From the NCBI RefSeq assembly GCF_026210795.1, contig NC_089435.1, positions 2,418,001 through 2,482,000 on the forward strand: a stretch of 64,000 nt of DNA. Reading direction: 5' to 3'. Within the stretch, counting starts at the first letter, position 1, and the number at the start of each line of letters is the position of its first letter. The stretch is from Rhizophagus irregularis (taxonomy: Eukaryota). Positions 36,719 to 50,363 of the stretch are shown in pieces. The position numbers and the translations under genes are program-made. The notes beneath the pieces were generated by a model that was not told the DNA's origin, searched no databases, and saw nothing but the letters and a program-made list of their open reading frames with translations.

Positions 36719-39700
36719 TGTAATTAAAATGAATTGTAAATAAGAAATATTAATTAATAAAATAATGAAATATATTTAATGTATAGTTCTTATTTAAGAC
36801 TAAAAAAATAATTATAAAAAAAATATTTATCAAAAATAATTTTTAGAGATTATAATAATAATTCAATATTTGGTAACAGTTAATTATCTCAAAATACCTT
36901 TTCATTAAAAAAAAAAATTATCATGAGTCATTATGAGTCATTGCAATAAATAATCTTATGCAAAATTTTTTTGTTGTCATACATCACGTTCAACTACCCC
37001 TTACTTTTAAACATTCATATCTAAACCCTAATCCTTTAGCCCCTATTACCTACCTAACCTATTACAATTTATAATGACCTCATTCCTTACTAAGAGTCTC
37101 CTGTGCTGTTGGAATAAAAATGGTAGTCAGTTAAATCTATACAAGATAGGCAGTGTCAGGACGTTAATCTCAAATAAGGAACTGCTGAAATTTTATTATC
37201 AGGCGAGAATTATGGATATTCATATTATACTCATGAATGTAGAAATGAGATTCAAATATACTGATCATTTTTAGCACCTTAAATATTATGTGGGTTTGAA
37301 CTATTTTTTACATATAACGAATTTTAAGTACGAATGTCCATCTGAGATTCAAATATCTAAAATTATATTCAAATTTACTTCATCTTTTAGAGTAAATATA
37401 ATACACGTGATTTACAGTTAAATGGTGGTTACCTTCCAGTCCAGTTTGCACATAAATGATACCATATAATACCATACTTGCTTTGCTTATTTAATGTCAA
37501 TAATATGATTGAAGCCTCACAAGATATGATAGGTCAGTTATAAATGACATAATTTTTATGAGTTTGAACGTTGTAGAATTGTACATGGCACTTTATGATT
37601 AATTGGAATGATAAAGACAAGATTTTCAAAATGTTATTTAATAAGAATTTGCAAAAAAATCATTTACTAATACTTAATAACTTATGTTCTGTATATAAAC
37701 AATTGATCTAAATTGTCATAATTCATAAATCTGGTCAGCGTTAATTTGCATTATCTCATGATCAATTTCACATTTCAAAGAAAGCAAAATTTAAAAATTT
37801 GAAACAGTGAGAAAGGGCAACTAATTATGAAATTAAAACGAGTACATTTGGTTATATAAAGAAATTGATTATTTTATATTTTTGTTGAAAAGAAAATATG
37901 TATATAAGTGATATAACGTGTACAAATATACTAGGAAAATAAATGGTAACCATTAAAGTCCGTTACGTTTATTTACTCGGGATCTTTTTTTTATTACAAA
38001 AAAAATTGATTACGAAAAATAGCAAATTATCAGTGTTACAAAAAAAGGTGATATAATCAAAAAAAGGAAGATGCAGGGGTGAACAAGGATGACGTAGGTG
38101 AATGAGAAGGGAGGAATAATACATGGGTTAACTATTAAATCGTCTAGACGTCTAGTCGTCTAGTGCATAACAATAGAATGTCTTTCGCTACGCTCTGGAC
38201 AATATTTTTTTGTTTGTAATTTACTCTTACTGCTTGTACATTTTGTACATTACAGATTTACAGTATCTATTTTATTATTTCACCAAATTTTGAGGAAATT
38301 ATTTGTGAATATTTAATACAACTATTTTACTGAAGCTATTACTATGAATTTAAAATACATTAAGAGGATTAGAATTAGCTACTATGAACTTTATTGGGGC
38401 AAAGTGTATTCGGGTAACATATTTATTATGTGATCTTCATTTATTCATTTACTACTCTGTAAATATAACGTTAATCTTTAAAGAATATTTTGTCAAACAA
38501 AAATTCCAAAAAAAAAATAAGAAATAAAGGTAACATTAAAATAAAATGACTAGAAATATTGTATTTTACAAAAAAAAAATTTCGCCCTAAATTGTCAAAA
38601 ATATTTTTGTAAAGTATTCCATTGAATATACGAGAAAAAAGAATCCTTATATGTTAAAATATATAGCACTCGTCATTTTTAGGAGACGGTAAATTCTGTC
38701 ATGCATTATGAATGATTTACTTTTATAATTTTAAGATCATAAAATTTTCATTTACTTTTTGAAAAATACTGTATACTTCGTATACATTCGAGTTATTATG
38801 AAATATGTGATATTAATATTGGCGACATTTTCTTTTACTTTCTTGGCCACGTGAAATTATTGTGACTATACTATGAACCAATTGGTGCAAAGAAAACATA
38901 TTCAGAAGCTAAGATATTTTGGGTAAAATGATTTTTTATAATAACATACAATAGGTTAAGAAATTTGCATTTTACGCCGGAGGTAATTTCCCTTTCATTC
39001 GCCACAAACTTTTAAATTATAAAACATGCAAATCCGATTAGTGAAATTAGTAAATCACTTTCAAAAGATTTACCTTGTGCATTGAACGTGTAATGACGCA
39101 CAGACTTATATCTTTCAAACTTTCCTTTTTTTGGAAATGATAGGCACGAGAACTGTGTTTATTTGATGTCATAATTCAATTTTTTTTTTTGTTTATTCAC
39201 ATATTTCACAACAGAATGCAGAATGTTAGAATAATAAATTGTAATTTTTCTATTGTTTGTAACAATTAATTGAAACAATAATAAATGTACTGTACGACAA
39301 ATTTTTTCGAGCTGAAAAAAATTATTTTTGTGGAACGGCTATCAGCACGAGTACTTGCAGAATATTTACTATTACTGTAAAATTTTATTTGTATGTACTG
39401 TATTTGTATTTTTTTTATTTAAAGAAGCTGAACATATTTTTTCGTTCTAAACTAGCAATACAGCCTTTTTTTTTAAAAAAAAAAAAAGCTTATTTTCTTA
39501 TATTTAGTATACAAATAATTGAAATTAACTTTTTATAAAGTTGAATCTCGTGATTGAGACAAACATAAAAAGTCGCTTTGTTTGTTTCCTATTTTAGAAT
39601 AAAACCTCTTTTAGGAAATTCTTGAAAATCGGAGATAAAGCTTCTTTTTTCCCCTAAAATAATTAAAAATAATTACGTCAGGTATGAAATAATTCACTTT

Positions 39701-39860
39701 CAACATTATTATTATAGCCCATGACTATGATGACTATGACGGAATTTCATAGTAGGAATCGCTGCGGTAAGATTTATCGTCATTATTATAAATACACTAT
39801 TTTTTTAATCATTTATCAAAAAATTAATTATTGAACTTTCAAAAAAAATAATTTTATAAA

Positions 39861-42800
39861 ATGTCAGAAACTTTTAGTAGTGCATCTTCCAGTAATTACG
39901 CAAAAGCACCACCTTCTTCCAAAACAATAAACCATTACCAAATCGCAATTAGTCTAGATGGAAGATTTGTTGTCACATTTGATACGGGTTATATTTCTTT
40001 CCCTTTATTTATTTATTTATTTGAACTCATTTGAAACGTTGCTCACATTAAATTTTTTTTTCTTGTCTCATAAATTAGTAAATCTCTTAATTAAAGTATT
40101 AAAAAATACTGATTATAGACCATTTGTAATCTCCAAGGACAATGAAAACGAGACTTCTTCAGAAGACAAGCCCAACGTGTCCAATGAAATCACTGAAAAG
40201 ATCGCTTGTTTTAAAATCAATAATAATTTAACTATTGATCAGCTTTACGAATCTGAATCTGATAGTAAAATCGAAACAAAAATTAATACCTCTTCCATTG
40301 ATAAAAATGACATATATAAATGGTCCATTGATTTGTCAAATCTACAAAAATATCCAAGTGGCGAATACTTTATTTTTATAGCAGTATCTCGAATAGAGGA
40401 TAAAATATCTCGAATGGATGAAGTATCTCAAACAGATATTAAAGTATCTCAAACAGATGATAAAGTATCTCAAACAGATGATAAAGAATCTCAAACAGAT
40501 GATAAAGAATCTCAAACAGATGATAAAGAATCTCAAACAGATAATAAAATATCTCGAACAGATGATAAAGTATCTCGAACAGATGTTAACAACAAAATTA
40601 ATTATAAGAAAAAAAATGTGGAAAAGTACGACTTTAATTTAAATTGTCATACCGTGAACATGGCTCAAAACACGACAGTACCTCTTAATCTTAAAAAAGG
40701 AACAGTCATTTATCGTCTTAAATTAAATGTCAAACCAAAAGACAAAAATAAAAAAAAAGATTTTGAAAATTCAATTTACAATATTGATTATAATTATAAT
40801 CTGACTTATTATCATTGTGAATGTGTTTCGGGAATACCAAGATTCATAGAAGATTTGGAATCAGATTTTAATGATGATGAATTTAATGAAATTTTAAAAA
40901 AATTTCTCGTATTAAGTTTTGATGGGATATATAATTTTGAATATATTAAAGGAGTTGCTATAGAATTTACTTTAACTGAAAAATTTGAATATCCTAAAAG
41001 TATCAAACTTGAATTAGATAAAACTCCAAGTTTTCCGATTTGCATGGAAAAACTTATAACCAGTCTTTACGATAAATATTTATTGGTTGAGCATTATAAA
41101 AATGGAGTACAGGCACTTGAAGGTAAAAATTATAACGCAAATTTTCTAATAAAACGAATAATAATTTTTTTTTTTTATTGTAGTATATGATCTGATAAAA
41201 ATGAAACATGTAACTATGGCGAAAAGAACAGAAAACAGGGACAAACATTTAAGAAAGTATAATAAATATACTTTTTCAGTTAGTAAGCAGAAATTACAAT
41301 TCTGTTTTACTCGAGGATTACATTCCATTAAGTGAGTGATCATTCGATGTCACATCCGTCACATCATATTATTTCATACTAAAAAATTTATTTTTTTTTT
41401 CAATTTTTTATTAGGTTGCATTTTATAGAGAATGGTTTGGAATTTTCGGCGAAAAATTTTCATGGAGAATTAGACAAAATACATTCATTAGAATTTATCG
41501 AGAATGATGAAAAGTTACTTATAGTCGGTGAGAAAATTGGAGAAGAAAAAATGAAGGTTCTCATTTGGGACATATATAATACTTGCAAAATTACTCCAAT
41601 ATTGTTAGATAAATCACTCACAATAGAAGATTTTAACTTAAATTGGACAAGAACTTCAGGAAATATTTTGCAAATAAATGATAAGGGTGAAGTTACGTCA
41701 TTCTTAAAAATAATTGATACTAAAATAAAAAATCAACGAAAAAGTCATGTAAAAATAAATGGTACAACAACATTAGATAAAATTAAAATGGAGAATTATG
41801 GAAATAAAGAAAATTCTTCACCTAATCATACTTATTACTTTGATAAAAGTACAAAAGATTTCGATCCAATAGTTAAGTCAAAAGAGCCATGGATAACGGG
41901 CAGCTGTGAAAGAAATTCATTCTGTCTTCGTGATAATGAGAATGAAACTTTACAACTTATAGTTGGTAGGTCGACTGTGCAAATTTGGCATCGATTCAAA
42001 TTAGGATCAGATCCAATTTATGAAGGTAAACTTCCTAATGAAGGAGAACCATTTCTCGAATTTATTTGGGCAAACGGAATTCCCGTGGATCAAGAAAAAC
42101 ATGAAAATAGATTGCAAATTGAAAATATTATATTTGGACTTGATTATTTTTACTTGAAAGTAAATTGGTGCGAAAGTGGCACATTGAAGAAAAAAATAAT
42201 TGAATGGCAAGATATTAATAAAAATTTGAATGGGGTAAGATATGCGTGTGAAGCACTGGAACATCTCAACAAACGTGCAAAAGAACTAATAAATTATTTT
42301 AGTAAGCACTGCGTAAGTTATTTCTAATTAAAAGATATTAATTAAGATGTTATTGTCATGATTGCTATTATTTTTTTAAAAAAAAAAAAATTTTTCTTTT
42401 AGTACGAGGAGATGGTTGTATATATTAATAATATAATCTGGAGATTCATTGATCACAAACCTGATGAATATAGATTGCTGGATGTTCGACATAATGTCAT
42501 GAGAAGTTTAATTCTTGGTGATAGTGATCATTTGATTAAGTTTATTCTATTTGGAAACGAGGAAAGTGATGATGATAATATGAGACATATACATATACCA
42601 AGGAGTTTTGAAAGTAGTAATGATAAATCCAAACCTATGAAAACGGTACTAACTAATGATCTAGAATGGGCAATTCTCCACTGTAGAGGTAATGTTATTT
42701 ATAAACGCGTTTGTTGGTGCTGTATTAAGAATACTTAGAAAGTCTATATGTTTATTTTATAGGGCGCGAACTCAAAGACACAATTATTGTTGCGTATCTT

Positions 42801-44905
42801 CTGGAATATTATTCGAGACACGCAAAAGAATCTGCTGGTTGGATGTGCACAGTTTCTAAGGCTCTTCCTTTACTATACAAATATCATTATGGTGTGTTTC
42901 TAATGTTATATTTTTACACTTATAATAAATATATTTGTGAATCTTACGCTTTTTATATATAGATGATTATGCTAGAAAATTGTTTCGCAAGGAATGCTTT
43001 GCGAATCAAGGCCACCTTTCAGCACAAGATCCCTATGATATTATTCCAAAGAGCTGTCAATCAAGACATTTTCAGGACAAAACATTTGTGGCATTCAGGC
43101 CCGAAGACACATTGAAATCAGATAAAGAATCATGGATTCAGCAAGTCCCTTGCAAAAGAATCTTTGATAAGGTTTCTTGTTGGTTCTACAAAACTCATTA
43201 TCAAAAACCACCTATAGCTTTACGTGTTGTGCCTCTTCCAGAGTTTACTGTTACTCCTAATGAAATTAAAAAAGATAATAGAAAATCTGCGGATTATGGT
43301 ATTGGGAAAATTATAACGAATATTTTTTTGTTTATATTCATCCCTCGACTTTACAAAGTTGGTAAATCCGATAATCACTTACTAAGCCCGTTTGCAAAAG
43401 TCATTAAATACGAAAATGATGATGATATGTACGATAATCCAGCTACAGAAGCGATTATCGACTTTCGTTGGAGAAAAGCAAGAGCTTTCTTTATACTTCT
43501 TTTTCTTAGATTTATAATCTATGCTATTGGTTTTGGGGTTGTTAGTTGGGCGTATTTAATTCATGAAATTGTAGGAGGAAAATTCCAAGTTTGTTTATTA
43601 ACGCTAATTGTATTATTTTATTATTTAGCGTTATATTTAATGATAACAGAAGTCATACAATTAGCTCATTATAGAATGAGATATTTTACCAATATTTATA
43701 ACTATTTCGATTGTCTATCGATTATACTTCCAACAGTTGTAATGACTATCATGCTTACTCATTTTCAATTTTCTGATGGATTTGGAAGTGTTAAAGTAGT
43801 CGAAAGAGGATTAGTTGTTGGAATAACTTTCTCAATTTTTTTACTTTGGATTGAATTTGTAAGTCTTTAAAATGTCATCTTTTTTTAATTATCAAAACAT
43901 TTACTAATATCTTATCTGATTTAGATCCTATATCTCCGATTGATATCATGCAAGTACAAATAATGTTATATATCATATATTTTATTTATCAGATTTTAAT
44001 TTATTATTATTATTATTATCTTTAGATATGTCGATTTACATATATTATATTATAATCATTATAAAAAATGTATTTCCGTTCATTTTATTCATGATTTTGC
44101 TAATCATTGCGTTCGCACACACAATGTTATGATCGTATCCAAGTTTTCATTTCTTATATATAAAAAAGTACTTTTTTTAAAAAAATTTAACTTATTATTA
44201 TTATAATTATTATTTATAGGTTAGTCTTACTTAAAAATCCGGAGATAATTAAGATCAATGATAATACATTTAGTGGGAACGCTATAAGCACTACAACAAA
44301 TGAAAGATTTAATATTGATATTAAATCCGATTTTGATCCACGTAACACTAATGACAACCCATTTTACGAATTTCTAACATCAATGAAAGCTACATATCTT
44401 GGTAACTGGATACAAAGTGATGTATTTGACTTTTGGGCTATTGATGTATTAAGTTTAATTGCGAGTATCTTCCTTATAACTATTTTACAAAATATGTTTA
44501 TCACTTTAATGAGGTAAGAGAGATCTATATATACAAGTATATATAAAAGTATTACACACAATACATTTTTATACTAAAAAAAAAAAAAATTATTCTTCAT
44601 AATTTTTCAGTGGTATATATGAACAAGCAGCGACAAAAGGAAGACAAGCTTTATTAAGATATAGAGCAAACCAAATAGCTGATTATGAAGCATTACATCA
44701 TATTCACTTGCGACCTCATGAACCGGATCCGAAATATATTTATTATATTGGAAGATCAAAAAATTTTGAAGAATGGCAAGAAAGTAGAAAAGATCAAGAT
44801 ACAATTTATAAAGGTTTTGAAAATAAATTTAAAACAAATAATCTTAGGAAATTTGTCGATGATAAATTTTTAATTTGGAAATATGATGATGATAGTAAGA
44901 TGTAA
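39861..44905 (+). CDS. TRP-like cation channel with a large N-terminal (WD40/beta-propeller-like) region, 11 exons, ~1413 aa
   Basis: Exons 39861-39987, 40079-41122, 41184-41331, 41415-42312, 42403-42688, 42763-42891, 42963-43858, 43925-43949, 44026-44125, 44220-44513 and 44611-44905 splice in phase. EAIIDFRW precedes about 6 TM helices; pore-like DNPF; S6 ILQNMFITLMS; TRP-helix-like YRANQIADYE. Confidence 0.85.
40383..40586 (+). repeat. Coding 21-bp minisatellite (SQTDDKE/V)n, about 9-10 copies
   Basis: ATCTCAAACAGATGATAAAG units lie within exon 2 of the channel gene. Confidence 0.9.
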
Positions 44906-45329
44906 AAAAGATGGTTATATAAATTTATAAACATTTAGTATTATATTAATTATTAAACCAGAAATTTACTGTAGTAATAACCGATTTTATTATAAAAATT
45001 AACAATTTATAAATATTCTTCACATAAACTAATTCTTCTAAATTAAATAAATAAATTTGTTCATTTACTATCGATGTAGCACATACTAAGCTTTTTATCA
45101 AAATGATGTTTTACATCACAATATTATAACGTGTAAGTTATAGTTATATTGCGTTGTTTATTTAAGTACATATAGGTTAAATAAATAAGTTAAAAGATTG
45201 GTAAGAATATAAAAAAGTATACATACAATATATATAGAAGGTTTTTTAAAAATATATAGTCAATATATGACATACATAAAATGACAAGATCATATATAAA
45301 TAATAAGTATCATCAGCACTAGTAGAAGA

Positions 45330-46457
45330 TTAATCAATTTCTTTCAAAGGATACGGATTTTTAAAGAGATTGGCTTTCAATCCTTCATTAGGAAGTATTG
45401 ATCTGACATAATCGAATGTTTTCCCTGCTATGCAAGCATAATGCAAGTCTCGTGGATCAAATCGAGGAGTTTTGATTAACTTCCTATATGTATGTTTAAG
45501 TTGTCTTTTCTCACTTTCCGTACGACAATTAATAAAGCCATAATCTACATTCACGGAAGGTACGAGACGTGCGGATTCGCTTAGCGCATATTGCTTGAGG
45601 TCGTAAACACTTTTATTTGGTTGATTATGCCCACGAACTTCTATCTTGTTTTCTGATAACCAATTACAATTATTACTGCTACAATATTTCCTTAATAAAT
45701 CCAATATTGTTCCAGATAAGTAAGCATCATGGAATTCATCGACCTTACAGTCCTCTTGAATAATTAGTTCCTTATACAAATCAGCCAACCGTCTTTCTTC
45801 TATCTCTCCTAAATGATCACTACCAAATTTACAAGAACAAAACCCAAAGTCAATCCAATTTTGTTGATCAATCCCCGGAATATGATCACTGAGTATAGTT
45901 ATATAGAACAAGCAAACAATACGTTTTGTTTCTGGAAGAGATTTGATGGGAACTGTTAGATCATGCTCGGAAAGATATGGTTTAACCATTGCATGAAGCT
46001 TATTCGCTATTTCTTTATTAGATTTTTCGCCCTCGTATTTTCGTAGACCCTGCAACACATGTTCATTTTTTAAGAACCATTGATAGTATCCGCTAGTGGT
46101 GTTCGAATCTTCAAAAGCCTTTTTGATGTGAAATGGCAAATTTCCACTTTTCCACCATGAATGGAGCTGAGAAGCACTGCATTCTATATACTTTATAAGA
46201 CCACCATACAAGCCTAAAAGCATTGATTCTTCCTCAGGATATACGCAATTGCAAAAGCCGTATTCATATCGCACCGCGTAGTTCGTGGGAAGTGTATCAC
46301 TAAAAACATCCTTAACAAGAATTTCCGCAGACCTTGAAGGACAATCTCGTACATGATTAGGATAGTCTTCTTTTTGGCACGATTTACTACAGTAATACTT
46401 AGTATGACATCTCGAACAACGTTGAGTTGTAGGTTTTTCACATATACTGCATTTCAT
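45330..46457 (-). CDS. MYND zinc-finger protein with a threefold-repeated C-terminal domain (intronless, 375 aa)
   Basis: CSIC...CSRC...YCSKSCQ..D...H...C MYND signature in one uninterrupted ORF. Confidence 0.9.
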   Translation of the reverse strand: MKCSICEKPTTQRCSRCHTKYYCSKSCQKEDYPNHVRDCPSRSAEILVKDVFSDTLPTNYAVRYEYGFCNCVYPEEESMLLGLYGGLIKYIECSASQLHSWWKSGNLPFHIKKAFEDSNTTSGYYQWFLKNEHVLQGLRKYEGEKSNKEIANKLHAMVKPYLSEHDLTVPIKSLPETKRIVCLFYITILSDHIPGIDQQNWIDFGFCSCKFGSDHLGEIEERRLADLYKELIIQEDCKVDEFHDAYLSGTILDLLRKYCSSNNCNWLSENKIEVRGHNQPNKSVYDLKQYALSESARLVPSVNVDYGFINCRTESEKRQLKHTYRKLIKTPRFDPRDLHYACIAGKTFDYVRSILPNEGLKANLFKNPYPLKEID

Positions 46458-48453
46458 TTTTTTTTACAATATTCGAGACGAAAAAAAGAATGATGTATTT
46501 ACCAACAATTTCGTAAAAAATGTCAATATAAATATATAAATATTGACTGATACATGTAACACAATTAAGCCCCATGACGGTCCGAAATTTTATCTAAATA
46601 TAGTTTAAACTCGTACAAGTACGTTCCGTCAGAATGTCGCACAAGTTATCGTATGATAATAATGATACTCAATATATAAACATTAAAATCATTGAAACAT
46701 GCTTACATTATTATTTAATTTTCTTTGTACACAGTGGTCTAACCTTATCAGCGATGTGTTTTTTTTAAGAAATGTAAAAATTAGTACGAAAACGTTAATA
46801 AGATTTTTTTAAATTAATTAATGATCATGGTTTAAACTCGAACCAAAACTGAAATGGTTTATCTTTTGAGCGATGGTTTTATTTCAAATGTTCAATCCAG
46901 TAAACCGAACTGAACTATAATAAAATCTTTTGATGAAAATTCGATTCAATATCAATTAATTATGATGAAAATAATTGGTAACGTAATAAATTTACTGTAA
47001 AAAGTTTTTTTATTTTATTTAAACAAATTCTATAAATTTTTTGTTCCATTTTTAATTGTAAATAAATTTATTAATAAATATTGATTATGTTTTAATTTTG
47101 AGTGTAAATGATTTATGTAAAATTTAATATTAAATTTATTTAATTATACAGTATAAAAGCAACAAATCAAAGGAAATTGATAAATTTTTTTAGTTTGGTT
47201 TATTTCGAGAAAAAAGTTGTGCTTCAACTGAATCGTGATTCACTGATTCAAAGTGTGAACAAATTGAGTGTGAATTAGTTCAGTTCGAAAATCAGTTTAA
47301 TAAATTATGACCGTCCATGGTCATATATCAACTTTTATAAACATAATATATTTATGGAGTATCACTAAGGTCAAAGTCGATAATCGCTTATCTATTATTA
47401 TCATTATTGGGATGATCTATAATCCTCTGATGTGTTTAGATCTAGAATTGTCGATGCGAGTAGCGAATCATAAAAAACCCTCAAAATCAATTTAAAATTA
47501 AAAATTAAAAAAATATGCGTACGTAACAAAAATAAACAAATTTATAATTAGATCTTACATTTTAAACTTTTAAGTAATGTTACATCATTTGTTTTTTTGT
47601 GATTCACGATTTTTTAAATTGAAAGAAAATACGTGGGAAAAAAATATAGCAAAGTGTACAAAAGTGATCAAACATAAAAAAGTCATGTCAGTTCTTACTA
47701 ATGAAGGAATTGAAAGTATAACATACTAAAGAAATAATAATAAAAAGATGGTAACTGTAGATGATAGTTGATATTTTCATCTTATTCTTTATTTATATTG
47801 TTACTGCCAACGTTTTAATAAAAATGATCCAAAATATAGACAATATTTATCATAATCATTTCTACTCATAAAAATATGACCATTAATCACTTTCTTCTCT
47901 AAATTAATCTTTCAAATCGCAACCGTGATGGAGATTGGATCGATTGGGTCCGTGCAGTTGGCGCAACGTGCATTGTTTTAAATGATATGCGCGATATTTC
48001 ATAACGGCGCTTACAAGCTATGATTTTATTTTATTTATAAGAATGCATATGGCTTCATGAATTTTTATAGCGCTTGTTCATTATAACTTCTAGCAGTACT
48101 CTTAATGACAAAATTTAGTACACTACACATATAATCTAATTTTTTTTTTATATTAGTTATTTTATGGTTTTTTATGTATTATCATCTTAAATATTACACA
48201 AATTATTATATATAAATTTCTTTGATTTTTGCAAAGAATATCATTTTTGCGCCCCCATCATTAGTGTTATAAAAGCGTAAATTGTAATTGGACAAATTTG
48301 ATTCACAAGTGAGATATCATGTTATTTATTTAATGATTGGTTAGAATAAAAAATACACATAAATATTCAATTTCTTAAAAGGCAAATATATATATATATA
48401 TGAAACGGTGCAAATACAAATAACAAATACATAAAATATAATCAGTTGGTTGA

Positions 48454-49587
48454 TCAAATATCTTTCAAAGGATACGGATTTTTAAAGAGCTCGGCTTTCA
48501 ATACTTCATCAGGAAGAATGGATTTGACATAATCAAATATTTTTCCTGCTAAGCAAGCTTCATGTAAATCCCGTGGATCAAATCGAGGAGTTTTGATTAA
48601 CTTCCTATACATATGTTTAAATTGCCTTTTCTCATCTTCCGTACGACAATTTATAAAGCCATAATCTACATACACAGGAGGCACGAGACGTGCAGATTCA
48701 CTCAACGCATACTGCTTGAGATCGTAAACACTTTTATTTGGTTGATGGTATCCACGAACTTCTATCTTGTTTTCTGATAGCCAATTGCAATCATTACTGC
48801 TACAATTTCTCCTTAACAAATTCAATATTGTTCCAGATAAGTAAGCATCATGGAATTCATCGACCTTACAGCCTTTTTGAACGATTAGATCTTCATAAAA
48901 ACTAGCCAACCGATTTTCTTCCGTCAATCTTAAGTAATCATTGTAATCATCACCAGATTTACAGGAGCAAAACCCAAAGTCAATCCAATTTTGTTCTTCA
49001 ATCTTTACAATATATCCACAGAGTATTGTCACATAGAATGCAAAAACATTACGTTTTGATTCTGGAAGAGATTTGATGGGAATTGTTTGATCATGCTCGG
49101 AAAGATATGGTTTAACCATTCCATAAACCTTATCCGCTATTTCTTTATCAGATTTTTCGCCCTCGTATTTTCGTAGACCATGTAACACATGTTCATTTTT
49201 TAAGAACCATTGATAGTATGCGTTGATGAAGTTCGCATCTTCAAAAGTCTTTTTAATGTGAAATGCCAAATTCCCACTTTCCCACCATGAATGGAGCTGA
49301 GATTTACTGCAATTTAAATACTTTATAAGGCCCTGATACAAGCCTAAAAGCTTTGATAGTTCCCCGGGATGCATGCAGTTGTAAAAGCCGTATTCATATC
49401 GCACTGCGTTGTCAATAGGAATCAAATCTTTATAAACATAATCAACAAGAATATTCACAGACTTTGAAGGACACTCTTGTACATGATTAGAATAGTCCTT
49501 TTTTTGGCACGATTTACTACAGTAATACTTAGTATGACATCTCGAACAACGTTGAATTGTAGATTTTTCACATATACTGCATTTCAT
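48454..49587 (-). CDS. MYND zinc-finger protein, tandem paralogue (377 aa; true start probably 49587)
   Basis: Colinear and highly similar to 45330-46457. The ATG of MKCSIC is at 49587. About 200 bp of upstream sequence is also duplicated. Confidence 0.9.
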   Translation of the reverse strand: MKCSICEKSTIQRCSRCHTKYYCSKSCQKKDYSNHVQECPSKSVNILVDYVYKDLIPIDNAVRYEYGFYNCMHPGELSKLLGLYQGLIKYLNCSKSQLHSWWESGNLAFHIKKTFEDANFINAYYQWFLKNEHVLHGLRKYEGEKSDKEIADKVYGMVKPYLSEHDQTIPIKSLPESKRNVFAFYVTILCGYIVKIEEQNWIDFGFCSCKSGDDYNDYLRLTEENRLASFYEDLIVQKGCKVDEFHDAYLSGTILNLLRRNCSSNDCNWLSENKIEVRGYHQPNKSVYDLKQYALSESARLVPPVYVDYGFINCRTEDEKRQFKHMYRKLIKTPRFDPRDLHEACLAGKIFDYVKSILPDEVLKAELFKNPYPLKDI

Positions 49588-49823
49588 TTTACAATATTCG
49601 GGACGAAGAAAGAATGATGTATTTATTAACAATTTTATAAAAATGTTATTATCAATATACTGATACATGTAACACAGTTTCGTCTGAAATTGATGATCTT
49701 TTAATCTAAATATAGTATTAAACTCGTACAAGTATGTTCCGGTCAGAATGTCGCACTGATTATCATATGATAACTAGTTTGGTTCAGCTATCACTGAGTG
49801 AACTAAACTATGGTTAGTTAGTT

Positions 49824-50363
49824 CAGGACCCAGAAATATATATACAGGGGTAGGGTACACAGATGCGTCGCCATCATAGTGGAGTAAAGTTTTGATTTGT
49901 GTACAATTTTAGAATTTTTCATCTATAGTTAGGTCATCAAGATTGCGTATTTTTTATCAAAATTTTTATATGTAAAAAAATTAGTTTGCGTATTTTTGGC
50001 CTAAATTTGGCTAATTTTATATATAATATATTTACTGTATGTACTTATTTAATTAACCGCATTGTAATATTTAGTATTAATTGAAAGAAATTTCTAAGGG
50101 TTAAAAAGTGAAATTTTAGATAAATATTATTAAAAAAATGGTAAATTCTATTTTTTCACATTAGTACTTGGTTTTAAATAATATAGAAGCCATGATAAAA
50201 TAATTAATTACTCAATGTCTGAAATTTTATTTGCGTATTTTTGCAGGATTTTCAATATCAGGTGTCAATTATGCGTACTACTCATATAAAAAGTCTCTGC
50301 GTACAGCTCATAGTAAAAAAATTTTTCGCCACCTGACCCCTATATATATATTTCTGGGTCCTG
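49824..50363. mobile_element. TIR MITE (540 bp) with a 6-bp TSD, superfamily unassigned
   Basis: TIRs CAGGACCCAGAAATATATATA / TATATATATTTCTGGGTCCTG. TTAGTT flanks both sides (49818-49823, 50364-50369). Nested in an older GGTTCAGTTCG-rich relic. Confidence 0.88.

Noticed and set aside
37020..37066. Telomere-like CCCTAA/CTAACC tract
   Set aside because: Only one exact CCCTAA; short and degenerate.
39958..40078. Hydrophobic 'signal peptide' at the start of ORF 39958
   Set aside because: It is translated intron 1. The real start is the ATG at 39861.
40342..40642. Repetitive ORFs 40342-40536 (-) and 40418-40642 (+)
   Set aside because: Alternative frames of the coding 21-bp minisatellite.
49588..49731. 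48-aa N-terminal extension of the second MYND ORF
   Set aside because: It starts at a non-ATG codon, and the paralogue begins at MKCSIC.
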